From Alphaproteobacteria bacterium (GTDB taxonomy: Bacteria; Pseudomonadota; Alphaproteobacteria; Rickettsiales; JABDBP01): DNA of 64,000 bases. Under the pieces are notes generated by a model. It searched no databases and had not been told where the DNA came from. It saw only the letters and a list, made by a program, of their open reading frames with translations. Positions 34,878 through 44,596 of the stretch are shown in pieces. Positions within the stretch are counted from its first letter, which is position 1. The number at the start of each line of letters is the position of its first letter. The stretch is from assembly GCA_013288565.1 (NCBI GenBank), contig JABDBP010000006.1, positions 5,088 to 69,087 on the forward strand. Reading direction: 5' to 3'. A program made the translations under genes and the position numbers.

Positions 34878-37256
34878 TTATATCACCTTCTCGATAGTCT
34901 TATAGAAATTCTCCGCGAAGCGCTGAGGTTGGCCGAGTGGATGGTTTTTTATTTGCTGGCGCAGGTTTACCCTCAAGAATTTGCGCTTTTCCTTGTCACC
35001 CGCAAGCGCCACCGCCTTACTGACATATTCCTCCCGGGTAAAGGCACAAAACTCGGGCAATCCGGCATTTGAAAGATTGGAATAGCTCAAGCGTTCATAG
35101 AATGCCGGGCCGACCAGGGTTATGACCGGAACGCCCATCCAGATGGTTTCACAAGTCGTGGTGCCGCCGACATGCGGGAAAGTATCAAGCGCTATGTCGA
35201 TATCGTTATAATGCGGCAGGTGTTTTCCCCTGACCGCGACATATAATATACGATCCGCCGTGATTCCATGCTGCGCAAATTCCTTTTCGACATTGCGCCT
35301 AAACCCCGGAACATCACCTTCGGGCCTGACGAACAGGAATTTGGAATTTGGAACTTGGCTCATAATCTGGCTCCAAGTTTTTATTCCTTCGGCGGTATAT
35401 TTATAAGGGTTGTTCATGGTGCCGAAAGTTAAGAAACCGTTGCGCTCCTCCGGGATGATTGGATTTATCGGAACATCGAAAAACCCACCGCGCCCAAGGG
35501 AAACCCAGGTTTCCGGCACTTGGAAAGGCTTCTCCAGGAGCAGTTTCGCATCATCCGGCTGCAAAAAGGGATCAACCAAGATGTAATCGATGTCTTTAAG
35601 CCCCGCCGAATGCGGGTAGCCAAGCCAGCTTGCCTGGATGGGCGCAAGTTTCGATGCCATCAGATACACCTTGTTCATATCGGTAGTGCCGCCAAGCTCG
35701 AATAATATATCGAGATGGTCGTCCAAAATCCCCTGCGCGACATCCTGGTCGTTTTTTTTCGGCCACCAATTAAATTTATCGACCTGGCCAGCGATATGCT
35801 TCTGCAGGTTATCTTCCGCCAAAGTATAAAACGAATAACAATAGACCTCGAACCTGGATTTATCATAATGCTCCATCAGCGGCAGCGCGAAATAAGATAC
35901 CGGATGGGCGCGCAGATCGCTTGACATATAGCCAACGCGGATTTTTTCCCGTGGCGGTTTTGCCGAGCGTTTCAATTTCCTGCCTGCAGCCTGCGTTTCG
36001 ATCTGACGCCCCCATTCGCGGTGATAATGGAGAAGTTTGAACCGATCCTCCATGGTTTTTACCCTTGAAAGCCCCAAGTGAAATGCTCCGATATTCATGT
36101 TCTTCAGCCAATATTCAAAGCACCTGCCGACATCAAGCTTGTTTAAGTTATCATAATCCACACAGCGCAAAAGGACGCCATACAACGTGTTGGACTCCTT
36201 GAGTCCATCGGATTTTTCAAGAATCTCGCAGCAAAGTTCATATGCCTCCTGGATGTGCGGAGCTTCCAAGCCATAGCGGCTGCGGTTTAAGCTTTCGGCA
36301 AGCATGTTCAAGGTTTTCACCGAGCGATTATCCGCTATAACCGCTCTTTGGTAATAGCCGTTGGCTTTTTCCCGGTTGAAACCCTCATACATTACGGCTA
36401 TCGCGAGTAAAACATCGATATTACTCGTCTCATTATTTAATATGCTCTCATAAACCTCCGCCGCCTCGTTAATCTTCCCCATTTTCATGAATACCCAGCC
36501 TTTAACCGCCAGGATCCCCGCATTATCGGGAAAGGCCGAAATCTTCTGTTCGACTTCCTTCAAAGCCTCATCATATTCGCCTAAATTGCAGAAAGTGTTG
36601 GCTAGATCTCTAAGGGCATCGACGTTGCTTGGATTTAGAACCAAGCTGCGGCGGAAACCCGCTAAGGCTTTCTGGTGGTTCCCTTGGGCCAAATATGTTC
36701 TTGCCAGCATCCTGGCATGTTCGGAATTCCTTGGTTCTTGGCGAACCACCTGGGAATACGCTTCCTCGGCGTTCTTGCTATCGCCGAGATCGAGATAGAT
36801 ATTGCCAAGATTTATAAGCGGCGCGATGCTTTTAGGGTCGGCTTTCCTGGCGGCTTTAAGGTAGGAAACCGCTTCCTGTTGCCGGTTCTGCCTTCTCAAG
36901 ATAACGGCAAGGATGTTATTGAAAGCAAAATCCTTGGGGTTTTTCTTGAGCCAGCCTCTCGCCAATTCCTCGGCTTTTTCCAGCTCGCTATTTTCTAAAA
37001 GCGCAGCTGCATATTCAAAACCTAACGTTCTCGCATCGGGATGCATTTGCACCACCTGGCCTAGATAAAAGACCGCCTTGTCCTTAAGCCTAAGGGCTTT
37101 TGCCAACATCCCGGCTTCTTGTAACAGCTCCGGAGTTTTACCACCATGCTCTAGGTAATCCTCCAGGCAAGCAAACGCTCCGGAAAAATCCTTGCGGTTT
37201 TTTAATTCTACCAGTTCCTGGGTAATATTCCGCGACTGCGCTATGCTTTGATTCAT
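34878..37256 (-). CDS. TPR-containing O-linked glycosyltransferase, SPINDLY/OGT (GT41) family
   Basis: About ten N-terminal TPRs; KIRVGYMSSDLRAHPVSYF, APIQASWLGYP, DIALDTFP..GGTTTCE..WMGVP. Confidence 0.92.
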   Translation of the reverse strand: MNQSIAQSRNITQELVELKNRKDFSGAFACLEDYLEHGGKTPELLQEAGMLAKALRLKDKAVFYLGQVVQMHPDARTLGFEYAAALLENSELEKAEELARGWLKKNPKDFAFNNILAVILRRQNRQQEAVSYLKAARKADPKSIAPLINLGNIYLDLGDSKNAEEAYSQVVRQEPRNSEHARMLARTYLAQGNHQKALAGFRRSLVLNPSNVDALRDLANTFCNLGEYDEALKEVEQKISAFPDNAGILAVKGWVFMKMGKINEAAEVYESILNNETSNIDVLLAIAVMYEGFNREKANGYYQRAVIADNRSVKTLNMLAESLNRSRYGLEAPHIQEAYELCCEILEKSDGLKESNTLYGVLLRCVDYDNLNKLDVGRCFEYWLKNMNIGAFHLGLSRVKTMEDRFKLLHYHREWGRQIETQAAGRKLKRSAKPPREKIRVGYMSSDLRAHPVSYFALPLMEHYDKSRFEVYCYSFYTLAEDNLQKHIAGQVDKFNWWPKKNDQDVAQGILDDHLDILFELGGTTDMNKVYLMASKLAPIQASWLGYPHSAGLKDIDYILVDPFLQPDDAKLLLEKPFQVPETWVSLGRGGFFDVPINPIIPEERNGFLTFGTMNNPYKYTAEGIKTWSQIMSQVPNSKFLFVRPEGDVPGFRRNVEKEFAQHGITADRILYVAVRGKHLPHYNDIDIALDTFPHVGGTTTCETIWMGVPVITLVGPAFYERLSYSNLSNAGLPEFCAFTREEYVSKAVALAGDKEKRKFLRVNLRQQIKNHPLGQPQRFAENFYKTIEKVI

Positions 37257-37289
37257 GGCGGGAGAAACTAGCAGGATTGGGTAATATCT

Positions 37290-38240
37290 TCAAGCCCAGG
37301 CCATATATTGGTAAACCGCACCATTGGTATTGAAATCGGCATTGGTGGTGACGACATTGAATCCGCCGGAGACCAGGTTAATGAAGTTGGTGGAACTGGC
37401 GGCAGAATCAAGGTTTAATGCGCCGGAGGCGTTATTGCCATATACCACGCGCAGATTGCTGCTGGTTGGGCTTTGCAGCAGTATCATCACGCAAGAGGGC
37501 ATAAACCCTAACCCGGTTACCGAGGGGCCTGTACTCGAACCATTCCCGGTATAAGTGCCGAAAGCTGACTTACCAGCCCCAGTTCCCCAGAGATAAGCGG
37601 TATAAGGTGCGCTATTATTATTAACCGCAGCACTAATTCCTACACTAAAAACACTAGAATTAGGTGCGGTGTTATTCCACATATTAACATTAGCACTAAC
37701 ACTAATAGAAGTGTTTCCAAAGTATCCGTAACTTCCATATGGTGAAGATGCTGTTAAGTTTGCGCTTCCTATAACCATACCTAATACCGTAGCAGATATG
37801 TTTATCATCTGAGGCACGGAAGTCAGGTTATGGGCAATTGTCCGAGCAGTAGCATTGCCAGTATAAGTTTCTATATCGAAGAAATTTGCCGCTTTCTTCC
37901 AGCAGAATGCTTGGTAGGTTGTGCCGTTGTTATTTACAAGGCTGCTGCTGCTGATCGTGAAACCATTTGAGTTGAAAGAAGTTAAGGAATTAGAATCGGT
38001 GCCGTGATTAGCGCTGTTATTAGCCCAATCAGCATAGTTTGTCGGCCCATTGGTTGAGTCAAAAGCAGGCCATGTTCCGGATGCATTACCGGCGGTATTG
38101 AATATTAAAACGAGATCGGGTTGAAAAGGAATGCTGGTTATATTCTGCATCGAGCCGGTGCCGGTATAACTGACGGTTTTGAAATTTCCGGTTGCCGTTA
38201 CCAGCGATGAAGCCATGGCCCCGAATCTTGTTCCCAGCAT
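37290..38240 (-). CDS. Beta-rich protein with three YTG(N/T)x repeats, phage virion/fibre-like
   Basis: Repeats SYTGTGS..PFQPDLV, TYTGNAT..HNL..VPQM, TYTGNGS..LGFMPSCV; ATG 38240 has SD GGAG; in-frame ATG at 38336 has AGGAGG. Confidence 0.75.
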   Translation of the reverse strand: MLGTRFGAMASSLVTATGNFKTVSYTGTGSMQNITSIPFQPDLVLIFNTAGNASGTWPAFDSTNGPTNYADWANNSANHGTDSNSLTSFNSNGFTISSSSLVNNNGTTYQAFCWKKAANFFDIETYTGNATARTIAHNLTSVPQMINISATVLGMVIGSANLTASSPYGSYGYFGNTSISVSANVNMWNNTAPNSSVFSVGISAAVNNNSAPYTAYLWGTGAGKSAFGTYTGNGSSTGPSVTGLGFMPSCVMILLQSPTSSNLRVVYGNNASGALNLDSAASSTNFINLVSGGFNVVTTNADFNTNGAVYQYMAWA

Positions 38241-38403
38241 TTGTTCGCTCCTTTGGTTGATTATTTCCGGAGGGTAATGTCCCAGGTTCTGCCTGCTCAG
38301 GTTGTTGTTTTTCCCCGAAGAGTAATTTCCCAGCATCTCTCCTCCTCGTGTATTGCTGAAGGGTAATAGCGATGCCGGAAACCCGGAAGAGGGAATGTGA
38401 TCC

Positions 38404-38482
38404 GTCATTGCGAGCGACCAACGGGAGCGTGGCAATCCAGGGGTTCTGGATTGCTTCGTCGGCGTTGCCTCCTCGCAATGAC
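38404..38482. repeat. Palindromic REP-like element (GTCATTGCGAG...CTCGCAATGAC)
   Basis: Same terminal and inner (GCAATCCAG/CTGGATTGC) inverted repeats as 15813-15914. Confidence 0.88.
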
Positions 38483-38490
38483 AGCACAAC

Positions 38491-38522
38491 AAAAAAGGCG
38501 CCCATTAAGGGCGCCTTTTTTT
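38491..38522 (-). terminator. Intrinsic (bidirectional-type) terminator downstream of the S-layer-like gene
   Basis: AAAAAA-GGCGCCC-attaa-GGGCGCC-TTTTTT. Confidence 0.9.
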
Positions 38523-38548
38523 AAGAGTTATAACTTAGAGCTTAAAGA

Positions 38549-41050
38549 CTAAGCATACATTATGAAGTCGGCAGTGACTGCGCTATGTGCAGTACCGGTG
38601 TATACTATATACTTATTGGCGCTAGAATCCTGAACAACAAGCACAAAGTCATTTTGTGCAGGGTTAGCAACACCTCCTGTAAAACCGGTTTCAGTAGCAC
38701 CGGTCAGTTTAACAACTTCTACCGAGTTCAACGTTGCATTAAGAGCGAGCACGTTAGCGATCGTATCGTTCGCGGTAGAATCGGTCGCTTGGCCAACTGT
38801 GAAGCCAGCTGTTAGAGACTGGAACATCATCTTGTCAGTCCCAGTAGTAAAGTCAGCGGCATCATGTATCTCGCCTGCAGTCGGGGTTGCAACCAAGCTC
38901 GCTGTAGAGAACTTGAAGTCATCCACACCTGCACCGCCAGTCAGAGAATCGCCATGCGTACTGCTGGCGCCGGCCACTATAGTATCGGCACCTGCACCAC
39001 CTGTTACGGTATCTAAACCACCAGCACCGCCAACGAGCGAGCTAGCTCCAGCAGGGCCTTTTACGACAACCCCTGCAGCGGCACCACCAGTGACAGTGGC
39101 ACCTTCCGTGCCAGTATTTGCAGACAAGTCAAGGCTATCTATTCCCGTGCCACCTTTTACAACCAGCGGAGTACCATCATCACCCGCAAAGGAAGTGAGG
39201 GTTATAGCTCCGGTAGCAGCCGAACCATCAATGGTTACGGTGGTGCCGGCGGTTACGTTTCCACCGACCAGGGAAGCGGCGATAGTTATGGTTTTTGCAC
39301 CACCACCAATCCCGACAATGTGATCAAATCCTGTAACGTTAGTGCCGAAGGTAGCTATAGTATCCGCACCGCTCATTTCGATAGTAGCCGAATTATTGAG
39401 GGAGTGGATAGTATCGGTGCCCGTGCTGTGGTGAATCACCAGATCGGCGTCGTTGGTGCCAACATAAATGCTGTCATTACCCGCAGTGCCGGTATCAATC
39501 GTGTCAGCGCCGCCGCCATTACTTACTACAGCATTGTTGAGGGTAGCGGTAGAGCTGCCGAGAGTAGTCGCGGTACCGCCGTAGTTATAGTAAAGGGTGC
39601 TGGACGTGCCGCTGTTATTGTCGGTTATAACGCCAGCGGTGCTCATGTTCGTAATAGTAAGAGTTCCCCCCGTGCCGGTGTTGTTGATAGCCAGAGTGTT
39701 GGAGCTTACGGTGATGGTATCTGCACCCAGATCATGCGTTTCAGTAAGAGCTACGAAATCGGTAGTCTTCAGGCCACCAACGATGTTGGCGGTATCGGTA
39801 GTTGCAGCATTCAACTGGATGTTGAAAGTATCAACACCGGTACTGGTACCAGCCGTTTCGACGAAATTATTGATACCCTGAGCGCCGGTAGCGGTGTCAT
39901 TCACAGTCGTGGCACCCGAGCCGATAAGAACATCAAGCTGCCTTGTAGCCACGCCAGTTATAACGTTAAATACATCGGTTCCGGAACCACCAACAACTGT
40001 ATCAAAGTTTACGACAGCACCAGCAGTGGTAAAGGTCGAATTACCCTTTTGCATATTGAAGGTGCTGCCGGTGATGCTGGTAGCGACGGTGCTGGAAGTG
40101 ATGCTTACCGCGCCCGCGCCGCCATTGACAGTTTCATTTATACCGGTACCGGAAGTGATGGTGCCGTTGCCGCCGTCGCCGTAGAATACGTCAGCGGTGT
40201 TGGCTGCTGCTGAACCGCTTATGCTGAAGCCGTTGCCAGCGCTGCCCACGACAGGGTTGCCATTTTGAAAGTTTCCGGCTGATAAAGTATCATGGCCAGA
40301 GACACTCGCATCGGTGATGGTATCAGCGCCTTTGCCGCCCGCTAATACGGCGGGAGCACTGGCATTGCCCAGGACTATGCTATCATTGCCATGGCCGGCG
40401 ATTATGGTCATAGAACCGAGGTTCGCGCCACCTTGGAAGGTGGAGTTGCCGGTGCTGCCATGATAATAGCCGCCATCCAAGCCGGTGGTGATTGAATCAT
40501 TTCCACCAGCAAAGGTGCCATGGCCGGTGTAAGCCGCATAATTCGCAGCCCAGATCGTTTCCGGACCGCTGGTGACGGTACTTGCGTTTATGCTATCTGC
40601 GCCTCCGCCTGCGACGATGGTATCGTTAACCGCGGTCGAGGAGCTAATGGTGACAGTGTCATTACCCGAGCCGCCGCGGATGAAATTGCCGCCGCCGGTA
40701 GTGCTATCGTTTATGGTATCATTACCGCCAAGTTCCAAAACCTGGTCAGCGCCTGCACCAGTTAATGTGTGCGAATTGGCGAGGACGTTCAAGGCAGCGG
40801 TGGTGTTATCCGCACCTACGTTGATGTGCGAGCCACCGAGAAAATTAAAATTTGTTGTGGTAAGCTGATTCGTGGCTATGCCAGACAATGTGAGAACATT
40901 GCCACTTGGATCCGTGATGGTCGTGCTGCCACCAACTCCGCCGAACACGAATTGGGAGGCGGAAACCGACTGGCTGCCTTCTGAAATTACGTCAGTCGCC
41001 GGATTGAAATTGGTAATCGTTTGACTACCGGTGAAATTGTAAACTGTCAT
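38549..41050 (-). CDS. S-layer-like / RTX Ca-binding beta-roll protein, probably T1SS-secreted (833 aa)
   Basis: No signal peptide, very Thr/Gly/Ala/Ser-rich, many GGxGxD-type repeats, C-terminal ADFIMYA, SD GAGGGG, long AT-rich leader, strong terminator. Confidence 0.8.
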   Translation of the reverse strand: MTVYNFTGSQTITNFNPATDVISEGSQSVSASQFVFGGVGGSTTITDPSGNVLTLSGIATNQLTTTNFNFLGGSHINVGADNTTAALNVLANSHTLTGAGADQVLELGGNDTINDSTTGGGNFIRGGSGNDTVTISSSTAVNDTIVAGGGADSINASTVTSGPETIWAANYAAYTGHGTFAGGNDSITTGLDGGYYHGSTGNSTFQGGANLGSMTIIAGHGNDSIVLGNASAPAVLAGGKGADTITDASVSGHDTLSAGNFQNGNPVVGSAGNGFSISGSAAANTADVFYGDGGNGTITSGTGINETVNGGAGAVSITSSTVATSITGSTFNMQKGNSTFTTAGAVVNFDTVVGGSGTDVFNVITGVATRQLDVLIGSGATTVNDTATGAQGINNFVETAGTSTGVDTFNIQLNAATTDTANIVGGLKTTDFVALTETHDLGADTITVSSNTLAINNTGTGGTLTITNMSTAGVITDNNSGTSSTLYYNYGGTATTLGSSTATLNNAVVSNGGGADTIDTGTAGNDSIYVGTNDADLVIHHSTGTDTIHSLNNSATIEMSGADTIATFGTNVTGFDHIVGIGGGAKTITIAASLVGGNVTAGTTVTIDGSAATGAITLTSFAGDDGTPLVVKGGTGIDSLDLSANTGTEGATVTGGAAAGVVVKGPAGASSLVGGAGGLDTVTGGAGADTIVAGASSTHGDSLTGGAGVDDFKFSTASLVATPTAGEIHDAADFTTGTDKMMFQSLTAGFTVGQATDSTANDTIANVLALNATLNSVEVVKLTGATETGFTGGVANPAQNDFVLVVQDSSANKYIVYTGTAHSAVTADFIMYA

Positions 41051-41334
41051 TATAACCCCTCTTTTTGTAGTTAATTATTAAAAGCTTTTAAAAATTACCT
41101 TAATTACCTATTAAGGAAACAAGGCGAAACCTAAACAAAAGTAAGGTGATCACTCACCCTGTTAAAGTACTCAAGTTATGCTCACTTAGAATATAAAGTA
41201 TAAACAATCAAGCACTTTCTTCATGGCCAGTCAAACAATTACTTCAACGGAGTTGGCGACTGTATCAAATTAGCAACTACAAGAATTCGCACCGTTGAAT
41301 TATTGGCACGATTATTGAATTACTTTAGGAATAT

Positions 41335-42366
41335 TTAGCTGAAAAGGAAATCGGTGTTGGATATGCTTTTTGCCGCAACTCCGGTAAGGGTGATGTGCGT
41401 CCCGGTTTCCAATATGACTACAGCATTGCCCGCACTGTCCGTGGCTATTTGCGGGCCGTTAATAGAATGCAATAGCTGGATTTTTTCCACGGTGGGAATG
41501 AATTTACTTAGTACATCGATCTGGGTATTGGGCGATAAAGTCTCATCAATCACGAATATATCTTTCTGGCCTCCCGTCCGGCCGGATACAGTGTCGTTTC
41601 CGCTACCGAACTCTATCGTATCGGTACCTTTGCCAGCGATGATAGAATCGTTTCCGCTGCCAGCCAATACGGAAGAGTTACCTTTACCGGTATAAATAGT
41701 GTCGTTTCCCTGTCCGCCAATGATGGTATCTGCCCCTGCCGCGGCTTGAATCCAGGCGCTGCCCTTGCCGGCGGTGATGCTGTCGCTGCCGGGGCCGCCG
41801 AAAATAGTATCTAACCCCGCCCCGCCCAAAATGGTATTTGCCGCCGTAGAGCCTACGATATAGTTGATTCCGGCGCCGCCGATTATGTCTTCGGTGCCAG
41901 TGCCGCCATAGATGGTGTTAGTACCACTGCCACCGGTTATCGTGCCGGTTCCCTTGTCCCCGTAAATCACATCGTTCCCGGAGCCGCCGGTTATGTTGTG
42001 ACCCGCTCCGTGGCCGGCATGAATCGTGGCTTGGCCGGTGCCGCCGACTATAGTATCCGCTCCCGGCCCGCCGGTTATGAAATCATTCCCGGCTCCCGCC
42101 GTTATGTTTGCATTTCCCTTGCCGCCATAGATAGTATCCGCGCCAGCACCGGCAACTATTGTGGAACTCCCTATTCCGCCGCGGATGGAATCACTGCCAG
42201 CAAAGCCATCGCCGCCGATGATTGAATCATTTCCGGCAAAACCCAATATGGTATTATTTCCTACGCCACCCAGAAACGTGTCGTTCCCAATATTACCAAC
42301 CAGGTAATTGTTTGGGTCCGGCCCTACTATTGAATCATTGCCGGTATTGGCGAAAATTGTGGCCAT
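41335..42366 (-). CDS. RTX (hemolysin-type Ca-binding) repeat protein (343 aa)
   Basis: Nearly continuous nonapeptides GGxG(N/A)D(T/S)I; C-terminal ITLTGV...TDFLFS. Confidence 0.9.
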   Translation of the reverse strand: MATIFANTGNDSIVGPDPNNYLVGNIGNDTFLGGVGNNTILGFAGNDSIIGGDGFAGSDSIRGGIGSSTIVAGAGADTIYGGKGNANITAGAGNDFITGGPGADTIVGGTGQATIHAGHGAGHNITGGSGNDVIYGDKGTGTITGGSGTNTIYGGTGTEDIIGGAGINYIVGSTAANTILGGAGLDTIFGGPGSDSITAGKGSAWIQAAAGADTIIGGQGNDTIYTGKGNSSVLAGSGNDSIIAGKGTDTIEFGSGNDTVSGRTGGQKDIFVIDETLSPNTQIDVLSKFIPTVEKIQLLHSINGPQIATDSAGNAVVILETGTHITLTGVAAKSISNTDFLFS

Positions 42367-42486
42367 TTGTGCTTAAATCCAACTCGGGTTACTTCTAATG
42401 CTCCAGTACTTTATTATGAACATAATTCTGTAAATTGTAAATGCTGAAAGTTTCATTTATATAGTTATTCTATTCAATTAATATCT

Positions 42487-43275
42487 TTGCCAACAGTGTC
42501 TAAACAAAATCTCCATCTCATCATCTCTTTGGCGCGGCGGGATATTTCAGCGCGTTATAGAGGCTCCGCGTTCGGAATCCTTTGGTCGTTCATTAACCCG
42601 TTGCTGCTGCTTGGCGTATATGGATTCGTATTTTCGGTGATATTCAAATCGAAATGGCAGGCTGGCCAAGAGCCTAATAGCAATTTTGCAATCATACTAT
42701 TTTCCGGCCTGATCGTTCACGCACTGCTCTCCGAGTGTTTATCGCGCGCGCCCTCGCTCATTCTGCAAAACCCGAGTTACGTCAAAAAAGTGGTGTTTCC
42801 ACTATGGATACTGGTTCCGGTACTCATGTGCTCCGCGTTTTTTCATTTCCTAATTTCTGGTTTGGTTTTGTTGATCGGGGTAATTGCAATCACGCATGAA
42901 TTACACTGGACGATAATATTTCTGCCGCTCATCATCTTACCGTTTCTGATAATGCTCACTGGCATTTCCTGGATATTCGCATCGCTCGGCGTATATCTGC
43001 GCGATTTATCCCAATTCATCGGTATTATCATAACCATAGCACTGTTCGTCAGCCCGGTTTTTTATCCGACCAGCCTCGCTCCGGCAATTATCAAGCCGGT
43101 AATCTACTTGAACCCAATTTCCCTTATCGTCGATGAAGTAAGAAATGCCCTGGTATTCGGCAAGCTCCCAGATTTCATGGCCTTAACGGTTTATTATATA
43201 TGTGCGATATTAGTTTTTATCGCCGGGCTAGCATGGTTCCAAAAAACCAAAAAGGGTTTTGCCGATGTCATTTGA
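42487..43275 (+). CDS. wzm: ABC-2 polysaccharide export permease
   Basis: RYRGSAFGILWSFINPL, NPSYVKKVVFP, C-terminal KGFADVI; TTG start. Confidence 0.93.
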   Translation: MPTVSKQNLHLIISLARRDISARYRGSAFGILWSFINPLLLLGVYGFVFSVIFKSKWQAGQEPNSNFAIILFSGLIVHALLSECLSRAPSLILQNPSYVKKVVFPLWILVPVLMCSAFFHFLISGLVLLIGVIAITHELHWTIIFLPLIILPFLIMLTGISWIFASLGVYLRDLSQFIGIIITIALFVSPVFYPTSLAPAIIKPVIYLNPISLIVDEVRNALVFGKLPDFMALTVYYICAILVFIAGLAWFQKTKKGFADVI

Positions 43276-44596
43276 TGAGTTGCAAGAGAAGCAAGAGAAT
43301 CCTGCCACTTGCCACTTGCCACTTGCCACTACGGCAGCTATTGCCGTCACCAATCTCTCCAAATACTATCTCATTTATAACCGTCCGTCTGACCGGCTGA
43401 AACAATTCGTTTTCCGTAACCGAAAATATTTCCACGAATTCGCGGCTTTGAAAAACGTTTCGCTTACTATCAATAAGGGCGAAACGGTTGGGATAATCGG
43501 CAGAAATGGATCGGGCAAATCGACCTTGCTGCAAATTATCTGCGGCACGCTTTCGCCAACCACCGGCGAAGTAAAGGTAAATGGGCGGATTTCAGCGTTA
43601 TTGGAACTCGGCACCGGATTCAACCCGGAATTCACCGGCAAGGAAAATATATATTTAAGTGCAGCCATCCAGGGGCTTTCACACCAGGAAACTAAAGCGA
43701 AATATGATTCGATCGTCGAATTTTCCGGCATCGCGGAACATATTTTGCAGCCGATAAAGACTTATTCAAGCGGGATGTATGTACGGCTGGCATTTTCTGT
43801 AGCCATTGCCACCGACCCAGATATTTTGATTGTCGATGAGGCTTTGAGCGTCGGTGACGAGGCATTCCAGCGCAAATGCTTCTCGCGCATACGCGAAATC
43901 CAGAAACGCGGCGGTACTGTCGTGTTCGTTTCGCATTCGGCGTCAAACGTGATAGAAATCTGCAATCGTGCCGTACTGTTGGATGATGGCGAACTTCTGC
44001 TTGAAGGCCGGCCAAAGGAAGTTTTATCACGCTATCATAAATTGATTTTTTCGCCAGAGGGCAAACGCGCGCAAATCCGGCAGGATATTATTCATACGGA
44101 TCTCTCGAAGCCCCTCTACAACCCCGATTTGCAGCCGGAAACCACCATCGCCTACGAGTCACGCGGTGCAGAAATTTTTAGTCCGAGAATCGAGGCGTTG
44201 GACGGCACGCCCGTGAATCTGCTGGAACGCGGCAAAGAATATTATTTCCGCTATCGCGTCAATTTTACCGTAAATTCATCCGCTGTCCGGTTCGGAATGA
44301 TGGTAAAAACCAAGACCGGAATCGAACTCGGTGGTGCTAGCGTTCCGTTCGAGGATAACGAAGATGGCCAGGTAATATCAGGATTTTCGTGTGAGGTACG
44401 GTTTAAATTCAAGGCAATTTTAGCCCCTGGAACATATTTCATGAATGCTGGATGTTCAGGGCTTGAGGGCGGAGAGCGGGTTTCCCTGCACCGTATAATC
44501 GATGCTCTGATGTTTACCATCCTCCCGGATACCGAATCAATCTCCACCGGAATGATAGATTTTTCGATCGAAGCGGATATAGATTCAAATGCTTGA
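43265..44596 (+). CDS. wzt: Polysaccharide ABC transporter ATPase with C-terminal carbohydrate-binding domain
   Basis: GRNGSGKS, YSSGM, DEALSVGD, ~170-aa C-terminal extension (LAPGTYF). Confidence 0.93.
   Translation: MSFDELQEKQENPATCHLPLATTAAIAVTNLSKYYLIYNRPSDRLKQFVFRNRKYFHEFAALKNVSLTINKGETVGIIGRNGSGKSTLLQIICGTLSPTTGEVKVNGRISALLELGTGFNPEFTGKENIYLSAAIQGLSHQETKAKYDSIVEFSGIAEHILQPIKTYSSGMYVRLAFSVAIATDPDILIVDEALSVGDEAFQRKCFSRIREIQKRGGTVVFVSHSASNVIEICNRAVLLDDGELLLEGRPKEVLSRYHKLIFSPEGKRAQIRQDIIHTDLSKPLYNPDLQPETTIAYESRGAEIFSPRIEALDGTPVNLLERGKEYYFRYRVNFTVNSSAVRFGMMVKTKTGIELGGASVPFEDNEDGQVISGFSCEVRFKFKAILAPGTYFMNAGCSGLEGGERVSLHRIIDALMFTILPDTESISTGMIDFSIEADIDSNA
43303..43330 (+). repeat. Perfect heptamer tandem repeat (TGCCACT)x4 inside the wzt 5' end
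   Basis: TGCCACTTGCCACTTGCCACTTGCCACT. Confidence 0.9.

Noticed and set aside
38241-38492. N-terminal extension of the 400-aa ORF to 38492
   Set aside because: It runs through the palindromic element and terminator; SD-supported starts are at 38336 and 38240.
38799-40213. 174-aa and 297-aa plus-strand ORFs
   Set aside because: Antisense shadows of the low-complexity S-layer-like gene.
41304-41319. Sigma54-like TGGCAC-N5-TTGA motif
   Set aside because: Lacks the -12 GC and points antisense into the RTX gene with no downstream target.
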